Below are positions 29,237-38,698 of a stretch of DNA of 47,092 bases, piece after piece. Below the pieces are notes generated by a model. The model was not told where the DNA came from. It saw only the letters and a list, made by a program, of their open reading frames with translations, and ran no database searches. Each line of letters opens with the position of its first letter. The first letter of the stretch is position 1. The translations under genes and the position numbers were made by a program. Source of the DNA: Deltaproteobacteria bacterium (lineage in GTDB: Bacteria; Desulfobacterota; Desulfobacteria; Desulfobacterales; ETH-SRB1); contig JAJSZP010000001.1 of the NCBI GenBank assembly GCA_030262775.1, positions 1 to 47,092 of the forward strand, in the 5' to 3' direction.

Positions 29237-30583
29237 CTACATGCTCCACTGCTTTAGATAAGCCGGCAGATGACTTGCCTCTCTTGGCCCTATGAGTATT
29301 TTCCAATCAGGCAGTTCTTCTTCCAGTTCTCCGCTTATGGTTGCAAGATAACCGGGAATAATCAGTTTGCGATGTTTAACTTTTTCCTCTATACCGGATT
29401 TTTTAACAAAGGTCGCAATAGTATCGGCTGCGAATTTACCTGCGGCCCAGGCTGTCAAGACTGAAAGCCCTTCAGTGTCTTTTATCAACAAATAGGACGG
29501 AACGCGGCTGGCATCCACTTCACCGGAAACAATAAAGTATGTAAGAGAAAAATTTCCTGTAATAAGAACAGGTGAACTTTCATCTGCAGCACCAATTTCA
29601 TAGATCTTCTGATCCACAGCCATAGGACGCTGAGGATCTGTAAAAATATTCATGCTTGCAAGCAAAAGCGGGAATACGCTGTACCCCTCTATTTCCGACA
29701 TTACAATTACACCGCCATATTTTGCTGTCATATTGCAGGCAATCATGGTTTCCTTCATCAAGTTGTCAGCCATTTCGCAAGGAAATACAATTGTCGGAAA
29801 TCCAAAAGGTTTAAATTTCTTTAACAAAGCGGATCTTCTTATAATAATCTGATCCTCAAAAGCTTGCCTGGCAGACCTTGCCCCTGAATCCAGGACTAAA
29901 TCTTTTAATCCCATTGCCATTAATTTTTCAGAGACTTCCGACAACTCTTCGAGGTTGCTGCCCTTAACGGCTAACGGACAAGAAAGCTCTTTTGCAAGAT
30001 TGCCCATTGATTCAAAATTGTCCTTATCAGCAGCATAAAGCAATGGTTTTCTGTTTGAACAACTCCTGGCCGCCTGAGATAGAGCGTCTGCATCTTCGTT
30101 CATTAATATCAGACCCGCATCAGTCGCACTGCAAACTTTCTCAACTAATGCCCCAAATTTGGAAGCATCCCCGGATACTGCTTTGATTGCAACCAGCTCA
30201 GGTCTCAATACAACGCCAACTCGTTCATAGACAGTATTGTTGAACTTTTTAAGCCTAACTGTAATCTCCGCTTCATCCATATTATCCGAAAGGAGGAGCG
30301 TAAATGCTGGAGGACTTTCAAAACGTTTCTCATGGCGGAATAATACAGTTTCCCCCCCCAACTTAACTGCACGGTCGCCAGTGCCAATAACTACAGTTCT
30401 TACAGGAGGCGCTGAAGCCTCACCCAACTCTTCTTTTACATCATCAGAAAGATCCGGACATGCGTCAAGTTCAGCCTGGCCGGCCGCCAGCTTCATAGCA
30501 AACGCCAGGCAGGTTGGGACCCCGCACTTGCCGCAGTTAGTCTTCGGAAGTTTTTTAAAAATTTCTATACCTGAAAGTCCCAT
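29237..30583 (-). CDS. acsC: Corrinoid iron-sulfur protein large subunit
   Basis: 448 aa. The N-terminal GIEIFKKLPKTNCGKCGVPTCLAFAMKLAAGQAELDACP is the characteristic 4Fe-4S motif of AcsC/CdhE. Confidence 0.92.
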   Translation of the reverse strand: MGLSGIEIFKKLPKTNCGKCGVPTCLAFAMKLAAGQAELDACPDLSDDVKEELGEASAPPVRTVVIGTGDRAVKLGGETVLFRHEKRFESPPAFTLLLSDNMDEAEITVRLKKFNNTVYERVGVVLRPELVAIKAVSGDASKFGALVEKVCSATDAGLILMNEDADALSQAARSCSNRKPLLYAADKDNFESMGNLAKELSCPLAVKGSNLEELSEVSEKLMAMGLKDLVLDSGARSARQAFEDQIIIRRSALLKKFKPFGFPTIVFPCEMADNLMKETMIACNMTAKYGGVIVMSEIEGYSVFPLLLASMNIFTDPQRPMAVDQKIYEIGAADESSPVLITGNFSLTYFIVSGEVDASRVPSYLLIKDTEGLSVLTAWAAGKFAADTIATFVKKSGIEEKVKHRKLIIPGYLATISGELEEELPDWKILIGPREASHLPAYLKQWSM

Positions 30584-30665
30584 AACTATTCTTCTCCTTT
30601 ATTTTATTAGTATGCGGTAAGCAACTGCACAAAAGATATTATTAAAGCCAATCCATTGGTTTAGC

Positions 30666-30740
<75 letters not shown>

Positions 30741-30748
30741 CACTAAAA

Positions 30749-32953
30749 TCACATCAACGGATCCATTGTAAGGGCAGGATGCCCTTTTTCCTCAAGAAAA
30801 GGAAGAATTTCTTCTTCCGTAGTTCCAATTGTATCATCAGCAATCATATCCGCAAAATTCGGGATACCCATTTCCTCGCATATCGGCTTCATTCTTTCGG
30901 CAAGTTCCTCTTTCAGCATCTTTGGAAGCCATACCACACGTTTTAAGCCTCCTTCAGCCAGCAAAAACTTCCTGCTGCAAATATAATGTTTACTTACGCC
31001 AAGAAAACCGGGTGTCTGGTTTCCACCGCCTACCATGCCGGCAAGAGTCGTAAACTTCATTCCGCATGGTGTCATTCCCATAGAATCTCTGTTTACTACC
31101 ATAATACCATTACACATGGGAAGGATTGTGGCTACACACTCAAAGCAGCCACATGCCGTCATTGGAAAATCCATCAGGCTGTAAGCGCTTATCTGCTCAA
31201 CTTTCTGGCGTGATGCTTTAATTACAAAATCAGTAATTCCCTTCCACCGCCCAAGAACAGGTTCCGTACATTCCCCCTTTATAATAGGCTGGTTCGGACC
31301 CGTAGGATTGATCTCAAAAGAAGCCTTACAGTCAAGCCAGTTATAAGCGCCGCACATGCCTACTCGTTCAGGGGTAATTATGCATACATGGCTGGGAGCA
31401 AAAGACTGACACAATGTACATGAATAATAGGTTTCTTCTGTCTCATCGGTCATACCTTCAACTCTCTTATCTCTCTCTTTGTATACTCTCTTTGCCTGTG
31501 CTAAAACTTCTTTGACCTTTTCTTCTTCTGTATAAATCTTAACCTGGACTTTATCGACAATACCTCCAAAATCCTGATGGTTCTTGGCATGCATGACCGT
31601 GCCTAGGTGTTTGAGCAAAAATCCTTTTTCAACAGCAGCCTTGCCCACCCTGATCCACATAATATTTCTCTGTCCGATGTGCATTATGCCCTGAACATAA
31701 TTGACAAGATGATGAATCTGACGTTCTAATATCGGCTCAAAATCCGACTGCATCTTCCGGCCGGCCACCTCTATAAGCATTGCAAACGGAAGTTTATCGC
31801 CCTCTTTAACCTCATCAAGATCAGGGCCGATCATTTCAACTTTTCCATCTTCAACTTCTGACATGTCTTTTGAAACAGTCAGTTCAACCCCCAGAGTTCT
31901 TCCACCGCCGCATTCAAAATAGAGATCATCCTTGCGGATACGCTCTCCCTCAAATGCAGGGCCGTATGACATGGGAATATCCACTTTGGTGATGGAAACC
32001 TTAAGGCCGCGCACTTCAATAGCCCTGGCCACAATCTTGTCGTGGGGAATGTTACTGACCACATGCTCATACGTACAGACCCCTGTTGGGAGAACCTCAG
32101 GAATCGGTGTATCTGCTATGGTCGGGAATCCCCAGTTAATGCCACCTGCCGCATTAGCATACCATTCATCGGTTACGGTCCCAAGCGGCATTGCAAAGGC
32201 AAATACCCTGTCTTTATTATAATAAAGGTTTCCCTTGAAATCTCCGGGCTTAACCCCGCCAAAGGACATGGCAACTCGTGTTGCAAATCCTATGGCAAAC
32301 ACGGCAGCCCTGTAACTGGGCCCAAAAGAAACCAGCCGTGTAGGCCAACCGACCTGAACTCCGGCTTCTATCAACTGCTCTGACATGGTTTTGCCTTCGT
32401 GGTCAGCGCACATAAACACATATAGATTCTTTTCTTGAAGCTCTATTGCAATCTTTGCCGCAATCTCAATGCTTGGCGCAGCCCCTAATATCGCAGCAAA
32501 CCCTGGTGCAGTGCCATCGACAAATTCCACGCCGCGTTTTCGCATGATAACGTCGTCGGCAGCTCCCAGCCATATGTTATCGGGAAGCGGGTCCTCTGCC
32601 TTTGTATAAAAATCAGGCTGCTCCAGATATAGTATCGCCTCAATAATCTCTTCTGCAAAATAGGTAGCCATTCCGGCTTCAAGCGCCGGGGCCAGGTAGG
32701 GAAGCCAGACCTTATCGCTTACAGGCGGCGGGACAAGCTCTTTGCACTTGTCCAGTATCTGGCGCACATCTCCCAATGTCTCTACCGGGATTCCAAGCAT
32801 CCCGTAAATAATCGGAAGATAATACGTAGTATTCGGAAAGCCGATCTCTTGATCAGGTCCCCATTTCTTCAATGCTTCCTTGTATTTTTCCTCTGCCATC
32901 CCCACAATTTTGTGGGCGCCTCGAATTGCTGCCGAACAAATTATCTTAGACAC
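30749..32953 (-). CDS. acsB: Acetyl-CoA synthase (A-cluster subunit of CODH/ACS)
   Basis: 734 aa. It has the AcsB-type N-terminus (IRGAHKIV...[13 protein letters not shown]) and the A-cluster cysteines (...[13 protein letters not shown]... and MTACGCFEC). Confidence 0.93.
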   Translation of the reverse strand: MSKIICSAAIRGAHKIVGMAEEKYKEALKKWGPDQEIGFPNTTYYLPIIYGMLGIPVETLGDVRQILDKCKELVPPPVSDKVWLPYLAPALEAGMATYFAEEIIEAILYLEQPDFYTKAEDPLPDNIWLGAADDVIMRKRGVEFVDGTAPGFAAILGAAPSIEIAAKIAIELQEKNLYVFMCADHEGKTMSEQLIEAGVQVGWPTRLVSFGPSYRAAVFAIGFATRVAMSFGGVKPGDFKGNLYYNKDRVFAFAMPLGTVTDEWYANAAGGINWGFPTIADTPIPEVLPTGVCTYEHVVSNIPHDKIVARAIEVRGLKVSITKVDIPMSYGPAFEGERIRKDDLYFECGGGRTLGVELTVSKDMSEVEDGKVEMIGPDLDEVKEGDKLPFAMLIEVAGRKMQSDFEPILERQIHHLVNYVQGIMHIGQRNIMWIRVGKAAVEKGFLLKHLGTVMHAKNHQDFGGIVDKVQVKIYTEEEKVKEVLAQAKRVYKERDKRVEGMTDETEETYYSCTLCQSFAPSHVCIITPERVGMCGAYNWLDCKASFEINPTGPNQPIIKGECTEPVLGRWKGITDFVIKASRQKVEQISAYSLMDFPMTACGCFECVATILPMCNGIMVVNRDSMGMTPCGMKFTTLAGMVGGGNQTPGFLGVSKHYICSRKFLLAEGGLKRVVWLPKMLKEELAERMKPICEEMGIPNFADMIADDTIGTTEEEILPFLEEKGHPALTMDPLM

Positions 32954-32973
32954 TGTTTATACCTCTCATAAAG

Positions 32974-32997
32974 TTAGCTCACAAGCTCATTAGCTCA
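32974..32997. repeat. Tandem octamer x3 (TTAGCTCA CAAGCTCA TTAGCTCA)
   Basis: Read directly from the acsD-acsB spacer. Confidence 0.75.
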
Positions 32998-33017
32998 TAG
33001 AAAAAAGAAAAAAATTC

Positions 33018-33968
33018 CTATTTTCCAGTCATTAAATCTTTAATTGATTCTTTGACCAAACTAATCGCTTCAGGGTGTCTCATTACCAGAATATCAGCTC
33101 CGGCAAGGAGTACACACTGAGCTGTTAATGCCTCCATCAATATCCCTCTTTTTTTCACATCTCCCAGTAACGGCGCTTCCGATTCAGGAACTTTAACCTC
33201 TTTTGTCTTCCACACTTCTCTGGCAAGATTAGAAATAATTGGAAACTGAAGCCTTTCATCTTCCTGAATCAACGCTGCCATTCGGATACGTTCCATTACG
33301 CTGTAACAATATTCAAGTCCATATCCTAACGCACCGGTTGACGGATCAATAATAATCTTTTCATCCGGCACATTTAAATTCCCTAAAAGGATATTAAGCT
33401 GCTTGGCAAGATTTATATCAATTGGCGTTGAAGCAAGCACAGTATGCTTATAGCCTATAGCCGTTGCCCCAATTGCACGATAGTTTCCTTCTGCAACAGG
33501 ACCTATAATCAAGTCTCTGCCTTCGCAAACCTCGCAAACCGCCTTTAATACATCAGTATCCTTATCAACATTGCCACATCCCAAAACAATCATGGGGACA
33601 TCCACAACATCAGAAACTGCTTTAGTGATTCCGGCGGCCTCGTCGGCTGAAATATCCTTATCATTGGGATCGGTGCTTGCCAGTTGCAATGCAATCATTT
33701 CCGCCCCATATGTGTCAACACACTTACGAGCCCATGCAGCAGGATCCTTAATAACGTCAGCAAACGGTTCCAGGGCTGTGTCCGGCCAGTCCTCGGGTTC
33801 ACTGTCATAAACCTCCATTGCTATCTTCGGAGGATAGGGCATTTCACCTTCAAACAGATGAAACGGATAACACGATTCACCACCAACAGTAACGGTATTT
33901 CCTTCCCGTCCCAATGGTATTTCTCTTATTTTTCCACTGTAAGAAACCTTTGGCGCCTCAAAAGTCAT
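33018..33968 (-). CDS. acsD: Corrinoid iron-sulfur protein small subunit
   Basis: AcsD/CdhD-like (GGESCYPFHLFEGEMPYPPKIAMEVYD). I place the start at MTFEAPKV (33968) because an AAGGAGG lies 8 nt upstream. The longer track ORF (to 34067) would overlap metF. Confidence 0.88.
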   Translation of the reverse strand: MTFEAPKVSYSGKIREIPLGREGNTVTVGGESCYPFHLFEGEMPYPPKIAMEVYDSEPEDWPDTALEPFADVIKDPAAWARKCVDTYGAEMIALQLASTDPNDKDISADEAAGITKAVSDVVDVPMIVLGCGNVDKDTDVLKAVCEVCEGRDLIIGPVAEGNYRAIGATAIGYKHTVLASTPIDINLAKQLNILLGNLNVPDEKIIIDPSTGALGYGLEYCYSVMERIRMAALIQEDERLQFPIISNLAREVWKTKEVKVPESEAPLLGDVKKRGILMEALTAQCVLLAGADILVMRHPEAISLVKESIKDLMTGK

Positions 33969-33981
33969 TATTCTTTCCTCC

Positions 33982-34926
33982 TTATATACCTGCCTGATCC
34001 GACACTGCCGGCCTTGGCATAAGTCCTGCTTTTTCCACAATGCCTGGAACAATATCTTCCCAGACAACAGCCATTATATGAACACCATGAATTCCCTTAA
34101 TCTCTTTTATCTGTTCAATAATCTCAAGACATATTTTTACGCCCTCTTCTTTTGCATCTTTTGCATCCGCCATCCGATCAACCAATTCCTCAGGCACACT
34201 TAATCCGGATACGTTATTTCTCATATAACGTGCCATGCCAACGGACTTTACAGGTATTACTCCGGCCAGAATATGTACCTTTTGATCCAGGCCGCGCTCC
34301 CTGACCATATCCATCCATCTGATAAATTTAGGAACATCAAAGATAGCCTGCGTCTGAATAAAGTCTGCACCAGCCTTGATTTTTTTTGCCAGGCGGGTAA
34401 CGCGAAATTCAAAAGGATCGGCAAAAGGATTAGCTGCTGCTCCAAGAAAAAGCGGCACCTCTCCCGATATATCATCTCCGGACAAAAATTTCTTTTCATC
34501 GCGCATCTGTTTTAATGTTTGAAGAAGTTGCATAGAATCAATATCATATACACCCTTGGCTGTGGGATGGTTGCCAAACTTCTGATGATCACCGGAAAGG
34601 CATAATACATTTCTAATCCCCAGCGCCACGGCCCCCAGGATATCGCTCTGAATAGCAAGACGATTCCGATCCCGAACGACCATCTGCATTACCGGTTCTA
34701 CATTAAGCTGTTTCAAAAACACACAGCCACTCAGACTTGACATTCGAACGATTGCCGTCTGGTTATCAGTCACATTCAAGGCGTCACAATAAGATTTAAG
34801 GAGTTCTCCCTTTCTCTGAATCACCTTTGCAGAGGTGCCCTTTGGAGGACCGCATTCAGCAGTTACGGAAAACTGTCCGCCGGATAATATTTTTTCTAGA
34901 TTACTGCCCGATTTCATAATCATCAC
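33982..34926 (-). CDS. metF: Methylenetetrahydrofolate reductase
   Basis: 314 aa. It is an acetogen-type MetF (SVTAECGPPKG..., NVTDNQTAIVRMS..., CLSGDH...). Confidence 0.88.
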   Translation of the reverse strand: MMIMKSGSNLEKILSGGQFSVTAECGPPKGTSAKVIQRKGELLKSYCDALNVTDNQTAIVRMSSLSGCVFLKQLNVEPVMQMVVRDRNRLAIQSDILGAVALGIRNVLCLSGDHQKFGNHPTAKGVYDIDSMQLLQTLKQMRDEKKFLSGDDISGEVPLFLGAAANPFADPFEFRVTRLAKKIKAGADFIQTQAIFDVPKFIRWMDMVRERGLDQKVHILAGVIPVKSVGMARYMRNNVSGLSVPEELVDRMADAKDAKEEGVKICLEIIEQIKEIKGIHGVHIMAVVWEDIVPGIVEKAGLMPRPAVSDQAGI

Positions 34927-34931
34927 TCTTC

Positions 34932-35360
34932 CTATATTTTAGAGTTATTTATTTTCAATGGTGTTGGGCCCAAAGTTCTGACTGTTTCAGTTACTTCTCT
35001 GGCCAGCTTGCAAAACCTGTACGCTTCAGCGGCTGCAAAATTATAGAGCTCCAATCTTTCTTTTTCTATTGATAGCTTTCCAAGTAATTTTTTAACATAT
35101 TGAACTCGCTTCATGGCCCTGAAATTTCCAGTCGAATACTCGCACTTTCCTTCCAGGCATCCCATCAAACACACGCCATCTGCCCCGTTTTCCAACGCCT
35201 TAAGAATGTGTATTATCCCGACTGCTCCTATGCAAGGCACCTTAATTATCCTTATGTTAGGTGGATATTGCAATTTTGCCGACTTTGCCAGATCGGCTGA
35301 GCATGAGGGGCAGTAATTGCAACAAAAGGCAAGAATTAAAGGCTCAAATTTGCCTTTCAT
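34932..35360 (-). CDS. mvhD: MvhD/FlpD-like iron-sulfur subunit (Cys form)
   Basis: The sequence LILAFCCNYCPSCSADLA...YPPNIRIIKVPCIGAV...GADGVCLMGCLEGKCEYSTGN fits the family. I place the start at MKGKFEP (35360), where ATGA overlaps the hdrA stop. The track ORF extends 13 codons further. Confidence 0.85.
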   Translation of the reverse strand: MKGKFEPLILAFCCNYCPSCSADLAKSAKLQYPPNIRIIKVPCIGAVGIIHILKALENGADGVCLMGCLEGKCEYSTGNFRAMKRVQYVKKLLGKLSIEKERLELYNFAAAEAYRFCKLAREVTETVRTLGPTPLKINNSKI

Positions 35361-37957
35361 TGGACATAACCCATGAACGGTTCCAAAAGCGCTTTGCACT
35401 TAGTTAGTATGGAATCGTTCTTGAAATGTTCTAAAACCATAGCCCTGGTTGGGCATTCAACAACGCAAATACCGCACCCCCGACATTTTGCCGGTTCAAC
35501 ATAGGGCTCGCCCATACCAGTTATGATCACCGCACCGAAAGGACAAATTCTGGCACATGTCAGACATGCGACACATAATTTCAGATCAATTGATGCGACT
35601 TCATTACTGGTTGTAATGTATTCTTTAGAAAGAACAGTTACAGCCTTGGCTGCGGCAGCCTGTGCCTGAGAAATAGCTTCATCAATGGGCTTTGGGCTAT
35701 GAACAAGCCCGGCCAGATAGATGCCCTTTGCAAAAAACTCAACTGGTCTAAATTTTTGATGGGCTTCCTTAAAAAAACCATCCTGATTAACAGGCAGATT
35801 AAACAGTTTGGCCAGATTGTCATGATTCCCTGGAACTATAGCTGTTTGCAAAGTAATAAAATCAGTCTGAATGATTAAATCTTCTCCAAGAATATTATCA
35901 AAGATCCGCACCTTTAGCCTGCCATCCCGGTCTTCTTCAACTTCTGGTTTGCCGTCAAGTTTATATCTGATAAATACTATCCCTTTATCCTGGGCATCTG
36001 TGTATAAACCTTCCCTTAACCCGTATGTTCGCATATCCCTGTAAAGCACATATATTTCCATGTCGGGATTTACTTTTTTGAGCTCCAGGGCATTTTGAAT
36101 CGCATTAGAACAACAGATTTTACTGCAATATGGCCTTTCAGGTTCCCTTGAGCCGACACAGAGTATAAAGACCCAGGCATTTGCCTTCTTGATCTCATTG
36201 GGCTTTTCGTCTAACATTTTATCTAACTGAAACCAGCTTAAAACACGGGGATTCTTTCCATAAAGGTATTCACTGGTTCTGAAAAAATCCGCCCCGGTTG
36301 ACATAATTGTAATGCCATGTTTAATTTTTTTTGTTTCAGTTGAACTTGAGATTGCTATCCTGGTACTGAAATTACCTGCATACCCATCCGTATGTTTAAC
36401 TTCGGAATTAAAACAAACATCAATCAAAGGGTGATTTTCCACTTTATCTATAAGTTCTTTAACATATGACGTTACATCTTCACCCTTGAAAGTCTTCCTC
36501 AGTTTAAGGGCATGTCCACCAAGCTTATCGGTCTTTTCTATCAAATATGCCTTATATCCCTGATCAGCCAGACACAGGCAGCTTACCATGCCGGTTACAC
36601 CACCGCCTACAACAAGCCCTGTCGATACCGGCTTTTGCCAGGTCTTTTCCAGGGACTCATCATACAATGCTGCTTTGGATACTGCCATGTTTAATAATGA
36701 TGCGCATGCTGCCGCACTAGCCTCGGTTATTGATTCAGAAATATCTTTTGGAGCATTAAAGGCGCCACAGGCATAAATGCCCGGTACGGATGTATTAACC
36801 GGCGCAAAACTACTGGTTTCAATAAAATTATTTTTGTCAAGACCAATACCCAGACCACGAGCTAATTTAACAGCATCCTGAGAAGGTTCTAAGCCAAGCG
36901 AAAGAACGACCATATCGTATATTTCTTCAGAGATCTTTCCCTGTTCATCGGCATAACGAATTAAAAGGTCGTTTGTACCATCCACCGGAAAGACGTTATG
37001 TACCCTTGATCGAACAAAACGAACATCATCCTCGTCTTTCGCACGGTTGTAGTATCTCTCATAATCCTTCCCGCATACCCGCATATCCATGAAAAAAATA
37101 GCAGCATTCAACATTCTGTTGCTTTGTTTAGCAAGACTTGCCTGTTTAACAGCATACATACAGCAAACCGTTGAACAATAGTTATGTTGAATATCTCTTG
37201 ACCCTATACACTGAAGCCATGCAATGTTTTTTGGCTCTTTTCTATCAGAAGGCCGTATCAAATGGCCTCCACACGGACCATGCAGGCTCATGATCCTCTC
37301 AAATTCCATGCTTGTTATAACATTGGAAAATTTATCATAATCGTAATACGATGGAATTACAGAATCAAAACCTGTTGCAAGAATAATTGATCCAATATTA
37401 AGAGTAATGTCCTTTTCTTTTTTATCAAAATCTATGGCCTTTTCATTGCAGGCTTCCCGACAAATATTGCATCCCTCTTCTGTAAAGTGGAGGCAGTTTT
37501 TTTTGTCAATTACATAGCCATTGGGTACAGCCCTGGAATATTCCAGATAGATAGCTTTTCTTTTTCCCATGCCCTCGTTAAATTCGTCATTAACCTTTGC
37601 GGGACATTTTTCAGCACACAAGCCACAGGTAGTACATCTGTCGATGTCAACATATCTGGGGCGCTGGATTATTGTTGCCTTAAAATTTCCTGAACCACCC
37701 TTTATATCTTTAACTTCAGATAAGGTTAATACCTCTATATTTGTATGTGAAGCACACTCCATATGCTCATTATACCTGATACAAAAAGGACAGTCGTTAA
37801 CAGGATATGTCTTGTCAAGTTGCGCTGTTTTGCCGCCAATAAACGCTGACTTTTCAACCAGATAAACAAAATATCCCGAATCAGCCAGGTCAAGACATGC
37901 CTGAATACCAGCAATGCCACCACCGACTACTAATATTGATCCAAAATTAGAAAACAT
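35357..37957 (-). CDS. hdrA: Heterodisulfide reductase subunit A-like flavoprotein, tandem-duplicated type (Cys form)
   Basis: 866 aa. It has two FAD folds (ILVVGGGIAGIQACLDLA and GLVVGGGVTGMVSCLCLA), the motif LDKTYPVNDCPFC, several CxxCxxCxxxCP clusters, and a C-terminal ferredoxin domain. Confidence 0.88.
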   Translation of the reverse strand: MFSNFGSILVVGGGIAGIQACLDLADSGYFVYLVEKSAFIGGKTAQLDKTYPVNDCPFCIRYNEHMECASHTNIEVLTLSEVKDIKGGSGNFKATIIQRPRYVDIDRCTTCGLCAEKCPAKVNDEFNEGMGKRKAIYLEYSRAVPNGYVIDKKNCLHFTEEGCNICREACNEKAIDFDKKEKDITLNIGSIILATGFDSVIPSYYDYDKFSNVITSMEFERIMSLHGPCGGHLIRPSDRKEPKNIAWLQCIGSRDIQHNYCSTVCCMYAVKQASLAKQSNRMLNAAIFFMDMRVCGKDYERYYNRAKDEDDVRFVRSRVHNVFPVDGTNDLLIRYADEQGKISEEIYDMVVLSLGLEPSQDAVKLARGLGIGLDKNNFIETSSFAPVNTSVPGIYACGAFNAPKDISESITEASAAACASLLNMAVSKAALYDESLEKTWQKPVSTGLVVGGGVTGMVSCLCLADQGYKAYLIEKTDKLGGHALKLRKTFKGEDVTSYVKELIDKVENHPLIDVCFNSEVKHTDGYAGNFSTRIAISSSTETKKIKHGITIMSTGADFFRTSEYLYGKNPRVLSWFQLDKMLDEKPNEIKKANAWVFILCVGSREPERPYCSKICCSNAIQNALELKKVNPDMEIYVLYRDMRTYGLREGLYTDAQDKGIVFIRYKLDGKPEVEEDRDGRLKVRIFDNILGEDLIIQTDFITLQTAIVPGNHDNLAKLFNLPVNQDGFFKEAHQKFRPVEFFAKGIYLAGLVHSPKPIDEAISQAQAAAAKAVTVLSKEYITTSNEVASIDLKLCVACLTCARICPFGAVIITGMGEPYVEPAKCRGCGICVVECPTRAMVLEHFKNDSILTKCKALLEPFMGYVQ

Positions 37958-37960
37958 TTT

Positions 37961-38629
37961 TTAAGCAGTAAGATCCTCTCTTACAATTTTCCTCGTCCCT
38001 CCATGCCCGCTAACACTCCAGTCTTTAATGGGAAATATTTCTTCTAACTTTTCCAGTTGATTTAGAGCCTTCAAGCGATCAATTATTAACTGCCATACGC
38101 AATCAACATCAGGACTTATTTCGCATTTGCCATTCACAGATCCACCACAAGGCCCGTTTAAGAGGCCTTTTGAACACCTGGCAATGGGGCACAATCCTCC
38201 TGTCTTGTCCAGGATACAATCTCCGCATCCTGCACAGCGTTCCGACCAGATGCCCATTTCCTCGGTCACGCCCATAAAGGTGGTATTAAGACCAGGCAAT
38301 ATTACTTTATCAGGATACCTTTCCGCCATGGCCTGAACACCTATACCACAAGCAAGCGAAAGAACGACATCACAGCCGGCAACCAAATCCTTAACAGAAT
38401 CTAAAAATTCAAAATCGCATTGCCGCAAAATAGCTTCCTCTTTGATTTCAACATCCTGACCAGCCATTTTCCTGTCCATACGAATCATTGATGCCAAAAT
38501 TTCCACCTCGCGCATACCACCGGCAAAAGAAATGGCAACGCAGGTCTGACAACCCAATACCAAGATGCGGCTATAAGCACTGATCATTTTTTTGATTTCG
38601 TCAAAGTCCTTCTGCTGTCCTACAATCAT
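37961..38629 (-). CDS. metV: MetV-like protein (MTHFR C-terminal-domain / zinc-ribbon Fe-S partner of MetF)
   Basis: 222 aa. It carries CAGCGDC...GGLCPIARCSKGLLNGPCGGSVNGKCE...C.W, as in the MetV proteins of acetogens. Confidence 0.75.
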   Translation of the reverse strand: MIVGQQKDFDEIKKMISAYSRILVLGCQTCVAISFAGGMREVEILASMIRMDRKMAGQDVEIKEEAILRQCDFEFLDSVKDLVAGCDVVLSLACGIGVQAMAERYPDKVILPGLNTTFMGVTEEMGIWSERCAGCGDCILDKTGGLCPIARCSKGLLNGPCGGSVNGKCEISPDVDCVWQLIIDRLKALNQLEKLEEIFPIKDWSVSGHGGTRKIVREDLTA

Positions 38630-38652
38630 AAGTTTTTTACCTTCCTTCGTAG

Positions 38653-38687
38653 CAGTTCACGGTTGTCGGTTATACAGTTCACAGTTG
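38653..38687. repeat. Direct 13-mer repeat (CAGTTCACGGTTG ... CAGTTCACAGTTG)
   Basis: Two copies at 38653-38665 and 38675-38687 match at 12 of 13 positions. They lie in the spacer upstream of metV. Confidence 0.75.
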
Positions 38688-38698
38688 CAGGATCTTTT

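Noticed and set aside
33969-34067. Extended N-terminus of the acsD track ORF (MSGKILFQALWKK...)
   Set aside because: It overlaps the metF 3' end. A strong AAGGAGG precedes the internal MTFEAPKV start, which matches AcsD N-termini.
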